Assembly: GCA_050084515.1 (NCBI GenBank)
Contig: CM114271.1
Location: 10,540,001 to 10,604,000, forward strand
Source: Blasia pusilla
Taxonomy: Eukaryota
Length of the DNA stretch: 64,000 bases
Direction of reading: 5' to 3'
The notes beneath the pieces are model-generated. The model was not told the DNA's origin and made no database searches. It saw only the letters and a list, made by a program, of their open reading frames with translations. Made by a program: the position numbers and the translations under genes. Position 1 is the first letter of the stretch. The number at the start of each line of letters is the position of its first letter. Below, piece after piece: positions 40,619 to 57,069 of this stretch.

Positions 40619-43600
40619 ACTAGGGAGTGGAGGAGTGGGATGTTTATTAAGAGTTAGAATCCAAAAAATTTGTTTACATAAAATCCATAATCTATCTTAT
40701 TACTCGAGAGTGCCCTTTTAGGGATGGCATGTGTCTTTTTGGGCCAATAGCCTTTTAGGTTGTATTCTCCTATATTCTCTCTTTTGAACTCCGAGCTGCA
40801 ATTCGGAGTTCGGATGCCTTTCCTCCTTACATAGCACAAGCATTGGCTAGTTTTTTTTTAAAGAGCAACATTATAATGCTCAACACATACATGGTGAGTA
40901 GTCTATGTAGTTAGCACTCACGCATAAACCAAAAGATGACAACATGCTATGTCGTCTAATATTTAGTCACCTTCCTACAATCCATAAGATGAAGAGTTAT
41001 CTTGTAACCCATCCACCAAATCTATATATATTTGGGAAAAAAACAAATCGTCCATGAGGCACCAAGTCAAGAGGTGGTGTCAAACTCGACGCAGGCCATC
41101 CCCTTGATCATAAACTACCATTGTGATTGCTCCCTCATCAAACCAACACAAACATACATCTCATGTGTAGAAGAACCACTTCCAAGCCTAGATCAATGTG
41201 AACACTCCAATCAAAGTTCCAAAGATGGCATGCATGGGATACAATTATACACATGATTTTTCCAAATGGTACCATCATGACCCTTTAACACAAAGACTCC
41301 TAAAGGCATAACCTCTCCCACACGCATAATAATGTGTCTTGCCATCATGCCCAATATCTTTGGTATTTTCTATTAAAGATAGACATACTTGTTAAAATCA
41401 AACCTCCAAATATCTGGTTGATAATCACCTCCCCAAATGGTCACATATCTCAAATACACTTGGGGATAGATATAATAAGATGAGATATGGACATTATAGT
41501 CCAAAGAAGATCTTCTCATGCTCTGAGAATATGACACGCGATATAAGGATGGGTAGATATATATGTCATGGTAGGTAGGGATACGTGCTTATCTGGAGTT
41601 AGAGAGACCTAGCCACTAGCTAGGAGGGCGATTGGAGATATTTTGATTCTTATTGTCTCGTTGTGTGGATTCCAGGAGTTAGCATAAGATCGTGTGTGTT
41701 TGAATGTGCATTCGGTAACAACCATGTATGTTGTATAGGGATATGTATGCGCATGACAAAGACAATAAGACAAAATAAAAACATCCTTCGATTTTTCCTT
41801 GAATCAGAAATTGAATGGAATAAGAAAATGATTTTTCAATTAATAATTTATATTATAAGGAATGACTCTAATTCTCTATAATAAATAATAATAATATGAG
41901 AAAATATCCAAAAAATAAATTTATTCCTTTACTCATATTTAACTGGAGGGGAAAATAAAATTTAATGATTAAGGAGTAGATTTTTTTTTAATTTTATGGG
42001 AAGATGTAGTTATTTAGGGGAGTGGAATATCATTTTAATTTTAAGTGAGGAGTGGAATTACTTAGAATAGTAAAATGTTATTACTCTTCTAAGATTTAAG
42101 AAATCAAAATTTAGATTTAAAATTTCATATGAAAAATAAGATTATTAAAAAAATCATGTCAATTTATATTCCATATTTTGGGAAAGGAAAGGGAATGGGA
42201 AAAAGAAATAATATAGTTACTTAAAATTAACTTATAATTTAGTTAATGAATGTTATTTTGGTAGGAAGAATGGAAAAACAAGAATAGAAATGAGAGGAAT
42301 TGGTTTAAGAAGGCCTCCTTACAAACTAATGTAACCCATAGTCCTTGGAAATATTTTAATTTAATGGAAATGGTTTAAACTTCTGTGGAAGAAATAAATT
42401 ATTGAAAAGAGTTAGATATCATTTAAAAGTGAAATGCATAACTTTTAAAATTTTTAAAATTTGAGATTATGTTTTAAATAAAAAAAATATTTAAAAATTA
42501 AGAAAACACAATTTCGTGCTCAAACACGGCATGCTTTTTCAAAACAAGGTGTAACACTATTTTTAATTTTTTTTTTCATATATGACACAAGGACAGTCTG
42601 TACGGGGATACTAGGGAACAACGATCTCGGGCTGCCAGACACTCCCACATTCTCGTGGAAGCAATGCTCTAGGGCAGCGCGAGCGGCCAATGGGAGACAA
42701 GAGTCGTGTGTTCGCAGACAGACTGGCAGCTTCCGCACACGTGGCAGAGAAAATAGCCTTCATTGGGTCACTCACAGCTTGTTTTACTGTGTCATTCTAT
42801 AAGAACACTTATGCTGTGACCTCGAGCGTTCAGCACGGACGCCTAGTGGCCTCTCTCCAGGAATATAGATACCCTGATTGGAATCAGGGTCCGGGGAGTT
42901 TTTTCGCGGGACGCGGTCCATCGTCGGGAATGTCCAATCGGAAACGGTAATTCTGGATTTTGAACCGGTTTTCAGATACGAAATACAAATGACCTACTCG
43001 AATTTCAGGCAGTTTTAAATCAATCAGAAATTCCCAAATTTAACCGACTAGCAATACTCGTAACCCCGGATCTTCATGTCGAAACGGAGAGCGTGACGAG
43101 AGCTTTGTTTTGATCCGGACCTTGCTGCATGGCGTGAAGTATTTTTATTTTTATTCATCTTTTTAGAATTCGGTTCATATTAGGGTTCCAAATGTGAATA
43201 TTAGGGCTTAGCTTATTGTCATTTGGAGAAATTTCCCAAGGTAACGTCCTCTATTCACCCACCCTTCCCCTCCTTTCCCAAGTCCTTTCTTGTTTGTCGT
43301 ATTTGTCGTATGTGCTTCTCATTTTGGTTCGATTCTCGTTTGTATTTGTTACCCTTCCCGTACATACACTTTTCTTCTCATCTATTTTATCTCGAAGGGC
43401 CCATGATCTTTTCACACTCTTAGCAACTCTCGTATTCATGAGTTTATTTTTGGGAGGGGTTGGGACTAGAAGTCCTAGGTGATGTCGGTAGGTGAGAGTT
43501 TATGTTAGAGGGAGCATTACCGTGGGACGGGAAGAGAGTGGTTTGCCGGGACCGCTCGTTCGAATGGGGATGACAGGATTTGTTATTGACGGGGATTGTC

Positions 43601-43639
43601 GCACGATTTTATTGGAGGGGGCCATGTCCTCTTCTTGGT

Positions 43640-46600
43640 GAGTTGCATCCATGCCTCGACCCGCATCGGCTCCCCGTGTGGGGACCCGTGGGTCGTCTAG
43701 TCGGGATACTAAATGCCCATGTTGTCCCGAATTCTTCACTCCGTTAAGAATTCGGAACCACTTAGCGGCTAAACATCCCGACTTTGATAGATTTGGATGG
43801 GTGGTCCCTCCCGCCGACCATGGATGCTCTCCGATGCTTCCCGCATCATCGCCCCTCGTGAGGCATGGGAGTGGTTGAGGTCCCACCAGGGTAAAGATTA
43901 TAGGTCTCTTCGAGACCCGTTTTCCCTGCCCGAGGTTGTTTCATAGGATCCCCCATGCTATTCGGGACGACCTCCGCCACGCATTCCTCCTTCCCCTCGC
44001 TAGGATCGCCCTTGATCCTATGGATGAGCTCTCGTGGTACCTACTACTTCTCCTTCCACGATGGTGTCTTCGTTACACTCGGGAGGGAAGGCGGTCATAG
44101 AGAGGTTATAGCACGTTTGAGACGCTTTCGAGGAGGTGATTGGGAGTCTCTGCAGAGTGAGTTTGTGGCATTCGCTAGAGGTAGTAGTTCACCTGGTTTC
44201 GCGGGACGATCCTGGAGCAGCCAAAGTTTGCGGCGATGTAGGACATCGGGCGAGCCTGTGAGTACTCGGGAGTCTGACGTGCTCTTCGCCCGATGGACAT
44301 GGCTCCTTCTTCACCGTTACCATCGATGCCCTCCGGAGGCTACATCCTCGTCCATCGGTTGACATTCCAGCTTTTGCACGTGACTTCCACCCTGACACGG
44401 CTATATGCCTTGACCCGTCCCTCTTTGCACGGGCACTCGGACGTTCTCCGAGGATTGCGGCCGGAGGTTTGTCTGGTATGATGTACGAACACCTTCGTGA
44501 TTGCTTTCCTTCCGAGGACACCGCTAGCGGCTTCTCCGAAGTTGCTTCAGTTGCCTCTCACCTAGCTCGGGAGAGTGCCAACAGCAGTGGCCCAAGTATT
44601 AGGGGCGGGGCGACTTTTGGCGTTGTCAAAGGGGGGTGGTGGTATCCGTCCGATTGCCATAGGTGAGGTGCTCTTGCGGTTGGTGAGTCGTACTCTCGCT
44701 TTGCAATTCCGTGAGGCTTTCATCACATCCGAGTCCGCATCGTTTGGAGTTGCCACGCCACCGGATGTGAGACGGTTGCCTTAGGTTTGAGGGCTTGTCT
44801 AGATGTACATCCAGAGTGGGTGGTTCTCCAAGTGGACGTGGAGAACGCCTTCAACTCAATATCTCGGGCTACTATATTCACAGAGTTGAGGGACGGGTGG
44901 CCCCATGGCGAGCCTCATTCCCTTTGTGCGAGGCTTTCTATGGGGCCCTTTGGCCCTCTATTTCCACCATGGTCGATTCGAGGAGGAGGTCACGGTCTTG
45001 GAGTCGCTCAGGGACTCGTCGGGGTGACCCTCCTGGGTGGCGCGTTGTTTTCTTTGTGGCTCATTACCGAGCGGTTCTTTCTCACGGTGGAGGCTTTACC
45101 GGGTTGCATGTTCCCTTCATTTGGCAGATGATACTCATATTGTTGGTCCCGAGATCTGGTTGTCCCCTGCATTCGAGCACTTTTCAAAGACTGATTGACA
45201 CGTGTCGGCCTGGCGGTGAAGGTGGGGAAGTGCAAGGCTTGGTCTCCATCAGGCCTACGTGATGATCTACATTTACCCGACGACTTCTTGTGACTGTCGG
45301 AGGGCTTGAGTCTTGGGAGTACCGCCGGGAGCCAGGACTTTGTATCGACTTTCGTGGCGCGGCTCTTACCGAGGATCTTCTCCACGTTGATGATCTTACA
45401 AGGATTGGTGACCCTCAAGTCGCCTTCTTCGGCATTCTCTCTTCTTGTTTTGCTCGTGAGACCTGGTTACCTCACTAGAACTGCTCGGACATCTAGTCAC
45501 CTTTCTTCCCTATATAGATCCTTTGATAGGAAGCTCATGCAGGTGTTTGGGGATCTTCTAGGACCCGGCTCTTAGAGTGCCCCATGGGGAGTTAGCTCGT
45601 AGATAGGCCTCTTGGCCGATTTCTTTTGGTGGAGTAGGTCTTCTCTCGACCGAGTTAGTGGCGCCCTCCGCTTTTTTAGGGAGTTGGGCCATAGTGGCAC
45701 CCCTCCTTTGCTCTCGATTTTTGGTTAGAGATAGACCGCTCCTTCTACACTACGTCTCCCGTGTCGAGGATAGCTCTTTCCCACTTCGTCTTCACTCACA
45801 AACTTGTAGAGATTCCCTTCGAGTTGAGGCCGAGCCGTTCTCCCCACTTTCTCCTCCTTAGTTACCTCCGGTCGCCTGGGCTCCAATCTTCCTTGATGGA
45901 AGCCCACTTTGAGGCGATTTTAGAGGCACTATGTCCGACGGGAATATCCCCATGGAGGTTAGGGCCCGATTCGCTCTTGCTCCGAAAGGGGCAGGCTCAT
46001 GGGTAGGGCGCCCCTTCTCCAGCTTTCCGTGATCGCACCACTTACCTATACCACAAACGATGCGGTTCCGCTTTGGGCCTCCCCAAACCATCGGTGGTTG
46101 GTTCGACACATCGCGAGTGTCACCGAGCCTGGATCCACTTGGTGTGCATTTGGCACGCTGTCGATTGGGGTGAGAGGATAGCCACTCACGATGCAAAGGC
46201 GGGATATCATATTCAGTATTGCTCGGGAGAGTGGCTTCCATGTGCAGAGAGAGAGAGGCACTACTCCATGCGGGATTCCCTCATTCGTGCCGATCTCTAC
46301 ATGACACGTGAGGCCGAGGTGGTTGTGGCGGACGTGGTAGTCACAGATCCTCACTGGAGGAGGGCGAGCCCAAGTGGTGGCCCAAGGGCGAATGCTACAA
46401 GGAGCGGCGGCGGCGGTGGCGGCGGCGAAGAAGACACATATCTCTGATCGACTACACGAGGGACACATCTTCATCCCCCCGGCCATAGAGATGTATGGGG
46501 CTATGGGGAGAGGTTCGACTCGTTCACGGATCGCGCCCATCATCTCCACTCGAGAAATGGGTTGTCCTTAGCTCTGCGCGATCTCAGATTGTAGGGCGGG

Positions 46601-46680
46601 TCTCCATAGCGTTGCAGCGGCGTGCCAGGCTAATGGGATTTTTGCGGCGGGCTCAGTCGGGGGAGACGCGGCGCTAGAGG
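43640..46680 (+). mobile_element. CRE-like non-LTR retrotransposon (C2H2-RT-restriction-like endonuclease), heavily frameshifted
   Basis: CPCC...NHLAAKH zinc finger; LLALSKGGGGIRPIAIGEVLLRL; QVDVENAFNSISR; GTRRGDP; ADD at ~45125; RADL...VVADVVVTDP; AAAKK...FIPPAIEMYGAMG. Element ends are not resolved. Confidence 0.8.
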
Positions 46681-47267
46681 CCCACTTAGTAGTAGTCATA
46701 GCTCTCTTGTTGTTGCTGATATTGTGTCTGCTGTTGGTGAGTTTCGTCGTTAGGGGGGGAATGCCCCCTTCTTCCTTTTCTGGTCGTGTTGTGGCCTTCA
46801 GGTTTTGACTCTTTGAGTCCCCCTCTTTTGTACTTCCGATGGGTTTTCCATCACTCGTTTTTATCGAAGTGCATCTTTGTTTGATCTTCCCGATCATTGA
46901 TTGGAACCTACTCCACTCGATCTGTTCTGCCCTGCAGGCTGCCCGCAGACGTGGCAACGGCTCGAGTTATCTGGAGCCCAGGCAGGCGTTCTCACCGGTG
47001 GGCCCCAGAACAGGAGGTAGTTATTACATTGTGGCATACGATGACAGGAAGGTTTCATAACCTTCTCTAGGAAGTTCTTATATCCTGAGGTATATAAAAA
47101 CTACCGGACGGGAGCGGTAAGGGAGAGATGCACGCATCTGCTGCTCTCCTTCTCCCTTCTCTTTGTTCGCGCTTCCGAGTCTCGAGGCAAGGGGTTTATC
47201 TTCGCTGAGATTTCCTCTGTGCCTCTTTGGGATTTCCCTACTACTCCCGCAGCATTCGATAGACACA

Positions 47268-47308
<41 letters not shown>

Positions 47309-47436
47309 GGGGTTGTGGGATTGGGGAAGGAGGAGGAGCGCAGGCATTACGGGGGATTGGGGTGGTGCTATTTGAGAGAGAGCAGTGTAGGCATTGGGAG
47401 GATTTGGGGTCGTGGGATTTGGAAGGCAGAGAAGTG

Positions 47437-51529
<4,093 letters not shown>

Positions 51530-52309
51530 AATCTCCGGCTCTAATTTAGTGAGTAGAGTGAGGAAGAGAAAGAGAAGATAGTCTCTACTCCAACAGCAGC
51601 GCCTGTCTATCTTATGAGGGTGGGTGAACCAGGACGAGTAGCTGCAGGAGAGCAGAAAGAGGGACAGGGATGAGACCACAGATTAGATTAGTAAAAGCGG
51701 TATTGAACTTTACGTAACTACAAATCTGAGACTCAGAGAGGGATTTTTGACCCAGAATTTTGTCAAGGGCAGTCTTTATCTGGAGAAAGATCCGGGGGTG
51801 TTCCTCCGTGGAAATGCTTTCACCTAATAGCTCGCCAATGGTGGATGCCACATTGTGGCCTTGGGGACCTAAATCTTTTCTGGCAGAGCTATGCCTCACA
51901 CCACGCTTGTGCGGTTTTCTGCAGCGGACAGGTATTATATGTGGAGCGCATTGCGACTTCTGGTTTTACGTCTCTTCTGCACTGTCATCAAACGCAAGGC
52001 CATCCTACTTTTGAGAATGTAACTCGATTGGGACCACTCCTGCCAAGGTCGGATAAATGCCAGCGGCTCAAGCAAATTCTTTCAGTCCTTATACGCCATC
52101 TACGTAGCATACGTCTATTAGATCCTATCTACGTGTCACTGAATCAGGTTGAAACTGTGCACCTCACTTCGTACACAAATTCTGGTCACTGTAGTTTCGG
52201 CGCGAGCAAAGCGCGGCGTGTGTACCACCGGTCGCAAGGTTGTGCTGCGTCCATATCTCAACACCGTAGGTCCTGGGGTTTGCAAGCCCCAAGCTGTGTG
52301 TGTTCTCAA

Positions 52310-52476
52310 GGGCCGGGTCCCATGGGCCTCCGTAGAGGTTGTATCCGTTATTTACAATCCAAGAAAATATATAAGTCCTTTGCAGAGATAGGTAGATATG
52401 CAGTCATAAAGCATTGACAAGGCAAAAAAAGTGGCGACCCGTGATAGTCTTCCGCCCTTGGGACCTGGGTGTGCCC
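52310..52476. mobile_element. Tourist-like MITE with the same TIR type as the adjacent Harbinger element
   Basis: Left end GGGCCGGGTCCCATGGGC; degenerate right end GCCCTTGGGACCTGG...CCC; flanked by CAA and TAA. Confidence 0.55.
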
Positions 52477-54103
52477 TAAGGGCCGGGCCCCATGGGCCAG
52501 CGTTGGTGCCCGATGCTGGTCCTTGTTAAAGCAGATCTCCATCGGACGGTCCAGAATCTTTTGTCTTGGCTGGAGTCGGTGATTTGCAAAGAGAGTGTTT
52601 GGTTTTATCCGGCAGTCCTTGGTTTTCTTGCGCCCAAAAAAATTGGGCGCAAGAAATGATTTGCGTCTTCGCGACCTCCACAACCCGTTGGGGCCGGTAG
52701 AAATTTGAAAAAATTGGTCCTTTTGGTTCCAATTCTAGCCGTTTTTTTCGCTTTATGTTTGGATCCATTCCGTCCATGGACGGCAGGGTGACGAATAGTT
52801 TCTTGCGAGGCATTCTTGTAGCCGGGTCCCATGATGCAGGACGAATTTCTACTCACAAACTTTCTCGAACCTTGCATTTGCATCTGCGACAGGTGCGTCC
52901 CTCAACTTCTGCAGCCCGATGAATGTGCAACCCATGTTCCCTCCCAGTTCTTTCTCTGATCTGAGAAATGAATCCAGTTCCATGGACGGGGGAGGAATCA
53001 ACCCGACGATTCTTTTCATTTTAAAAAACGGTCGTTCCACTCTGAAGTGGATCGACGACGGAGGCGGATGGTTCTCGCCCATTTTTTGTTACTTACGGTG
53101 AAGGTACTTCGTCTGATTGGCAGAAGTCAGGTTGCGTGGATCCATGTTTAAGATTTTAAGGCTCTAAGTTGGCTCATGGGACTTAACGCCTAAGGAAGTG
53201 ATTCCATGTTCGACAGATTGAAGTGGAGTCTGGACCAGGTCTTCGATCCGCCCATCATTCGTTCGATTCTCACGTGTGCGTTGGAAAATTTGCTCAGATG
53301 TGAAAGTGAAATCTTTTCGATCGACGCTGCGGAGGCTTCTCGATAGCTCACTGTTTGACAAATAAGACAAGTACGATATGGATGCGGGAAGTGTTCTGCT
53401 GATACTACATCAGCTCAGTTCAATCACCTCTGCAGTTCTCGTCTAACACGCACCAGCTCCCAAATGATGTTGACGTCGGCACGGAGACTGTTCTGATCAT
53501 CTTGCAGTGTGCAAAATCGACAAAACAATTTCGTATACTCAATCTATCTGCTCGGGCACCTGTGCTTACATAAGCTCGACAACTCCTCCATCCGCTCATA
53601 ATCGATCTACTAAATCGTCTGTGCTAAGAGAAGGTCTACCAACTCCTCAAGCAGCTTGTCATGAATCGACTTCAACTTCTTTGCTTACGAAGTCCATCAA
53701 CTGTACTCATCCCCAAACTACTACTACTACTACTCGGACACGTGAAATCCACCAGGGACCATTGCAGCAGCTCATCTACACGATATGGATGCGGGAAGTG
53801 TTCTGCTGATACTACATCAACTCAGTTCAATCACCTCTGCAGTTCTCGTCTAACATCGAGCAATTACGCTTGAAACTTGGGGGCAATATCCATAATCTGG
53901 ATGTGAAGGTACCAGTCAAATGCCCTGTAATTCACATGCATAGAGCCGGTCCTATAGGCGTTTGGAATTTCTGTGGACTAGATGCCTCGAGACTATCGAG
54001 AATTTGCACTCCAAGAACTCTCTTTTGCTGCCATACCAAACACAAATCATGGGCATCACTCTCCCTCGGGCCTGTTCAGAAGTCCGTCCTCGTCAAGAAA
54101 AGG

Positions 54104-54247
<144 letters not shown>

Positions 54248-55110
54248 GACCGAAATCCACGAGCCCAGAAATTCTCTACTGTACACATTGATTTCCTGCT
54301 CGTTCCAAGTAGATAGCCTGCCTGGAATATAGCCTCATGGAGAGATAGCGTGAGGTTCAAGACCAGATCTGGCAAGAACACATGAGCACTCGGATCTTTT
54401 TCTTTTCTCAAGCTGCTTCTCCGAAAGCTTCTCTCGCTGTCTGAAGACGTCTTCCGCTCGTTTTGCGCGGGACTCTCGGTCAACGACTCGACGCCACGAC
54501 CGCCGGAAGAACGTTGAGCAGCACAAATGTCGAGGGCCGCGTTATTATCATCATCTTCCCGCGATACATGGATTCGTTCGTTCGTCACATACATGGGGAC
54601 GGATGGATTACGAGATTGGAGTCACTTTCGCCCCTCTTCACCTCTTGTCGCGAGCCGATACCAGAACGTGCGACTTTTCGAGCGACTTAGCGCACCGCGA
54701 TTGTCTTCCCCGTATCGATAAGAAGCCCCTTAAAAGAGCCTTAAAATCTTAAACATGGATCGGTATGTTGAAATTACTATTCAACTCTTCGCTATCTCAA
54801 ATGCCCACGCTGAGCCACACATGCGCCAGCTACAACCTCACCACTACATTCCCATTTTCGTTCTTCATTAGTTAGGTAGGGAACTTTAAGATCGGCTTGT
54901 GTACAATGTAAGGTCTTATAAGCAGAAGTCCATAATCCATCCTCATCAATCCTAATAATATCCCTGCACAAGGGTCTGTGTCAAAGAGACTACACTACTC
55001 ATTTCTAAAGAGAAACTTTGCTGAGACAGACCGGCCCGGTGGGGCGTCTGAAAAATTTGCACCTGAAGTTGATCGTGCTTTGAACAAGCCGAGTCGCGAT
55101 TCAGAATCGA

Positions 55111-55444
55111 CTCATCCCACGTCAACCCTTCCTCCTCTTCCTAATCCTCCTCCTCTTCACCATCCTCATCCGACTCAACCACGGACTCATCATCGAATCA
55201 CCTTCGGACTCCTCGAGAAACCTCCTCCACGTCCGAGGGCTCATACCCTTCATCCGATTCCTCCGACTTCTCGAATCGAGTCGCTACCCTCCATGTTCAG
55301 GAACTCCCACCCACCATCCTCAATAAACTTTTCTGGGTCATCGAGTATAGTCTTCAGTATGGGTCGCCAATTGAGATTCATCCTACTTTCATAGAACTTA
55401 ATGTTCATATAGTTCAACCATTCCCTGATTCCATCCAATGACTG
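55111..55444 (-). pseudogene. SPT16: Captured fragment of FACT subunit SPT16 (end of middle domain plus acidic tail)
   Basis: SLDGIREWL...IKFYESRMNLNWRPILKTILDDPEKFIEDGGWEFLNMEGSDS, then with frameshifts EESDEGYEPSDVEE...ESVVESDED...EEEGLTWDE. Confidence 0.9.
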
Positions 55445-55578
55445 AAATCTTTGCATAAGAGTAACAATAAAATTTTCACCACTCTTTTTCTTGGAAAGTC
55501 ATATTATTTCTTCAATCCATTTTTTCAAAAATAAAAGTTTCACTACTCTTTTTCTTGTCGTTGTAGGAAGGAAGTCAT

Positions 55579-56900
55579 ATGGACGAGGATTGTGTCATAC
55601 TCGATTCTCAAGTACCAACGCAGAATGCTAATCTGATTCCATGGACAACTTCCGAGATTCAAATTCTGATTGCAGCAAAACGAGATGAAATGGAGAGATT
55701 AGAACTGAATTATACTACTCAATCTACTATGGCCACCTTAAAACAAAAGTGGAAAAAAGTGGCTGACTTTTGTTTGAAGAATGGGATAAAGCAACCTATT
55801 CGTGATGGCCAGGCGTGCAAAAAGAAATGGAGTGCTCTCATAAAAGAATTCAAACAAGTAAGTTAAGTTGGTGGTATCCAATTTGTATGATGTGATGCAA
55901 AACATGAAGTGTCTTTATTTTACAATTGACACTCATGTAAGTTTTCATTACAGGTTCATGATTGGGAGGGAAAGGCCAAAAGCGGCGAATTGTCTTACTT
56001 TGACACTCGCATGTTGAGAAAGGACCGGAAAGCACTAGGTTTACCTTCAAACTTTGATGAAGCCTATTACAAGGGTCTAGTAGAATGGCTCCCCAAAAGA
56101 CAAGACGTGGACTCGGAGAGCATGGGAGTGTCCACCTTTGATACTTCACTTCTACCTGATCTTAATGCTAACTTCAATCCTCCACCCATGAGTCCGATAG
56201 CTTCACTCGTGCCACCACGTATATCAATCTTACCAAAAGAAGAAGGATGTGACCTTGTTCATTTGTTTCTTGGTATCAATACAAGGCTACTACTAACTTA
56301 TTGGTTGTTTATATAGAGGTGGAGTCATTTGAGATCCCAACCAACGAACCTTCTCCTCCATCGTCTTCTCCAGGTACATGAATATGAAACAAAGAAAGTT
56401 CTTTTCTTTGTTAATTTCACTTATTATGCACATATGCTACTACTAATTTATTTATTGTTTGTATAGACGTGGAGTCATTTTAGATCCCAGTGGATGCAGA
56501 AGAGATCCCAACTAACCCGCGTGCGCCTTCATCGTGTGCTCATACTGAAGGTTCTTATAATTGTCTTTAATGATTTTTGTGACTTTTTTGGTCTTATGTG
56601 GAAATGTAGTTAATGAATTTAGTGGTGTTATGTGGCAATGTAGATTTCGGCAAGGAAAGTTCGAAAAGGAAGAGCCTCAAGGATGGGATTAGAGGAAAAC
56701 GACGGCGTAAGAGCTCCATGGGAGATGCCATGAAGGAGTCTACTAATGCCATGATAGATGTTATACATGATGGTCAAAGAATGGATATTGAACAGCGAAA
56801 ATTAGAGTTGGAAGTCCTACAACAGAATGCGGATGCTCTTACAATGATATCTACAGCCTTTTGTCATGCCTTTGGTTGGGGATTTCAAGGAAGATCTTGA
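55579..56900 (+). CDS. Harbinger Myb/SANT (trihelix-like) DNA-binding gene, multi-exon
   Basis: WTTSEIQILIAAKR...KWKKVADFC...RDGQACKKKWSALIKEFKQVHDWE...SYF...RKALGLPSNF. Later exons are approximate and may be damaged. Confidence 0.8.
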
Positions 56901-57069
56901 GAGTTTACATTAAGAAATAATTAAACTTCATTGAGGACACAATGAACAAAAATAGCCATATGAGATGTACTTATATGTAAAGCATATATATGGATATATA
57001 TGAGGTACTTCTATCTGTATGCTATATGTACGTGTAATTCTATGTATTTCTACTGGTATGTTGAAATTA

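Noticed and set aside
51845-52417. 190-aa ORF downstream of KARI
   Set aside because: No recognisable motif, and it runs into the MITE.
55111-55456. Functional host SPT16 gene
   Set aside because: Only ~330 bp, frameshifted with a stop, and inside transposon TIRs.
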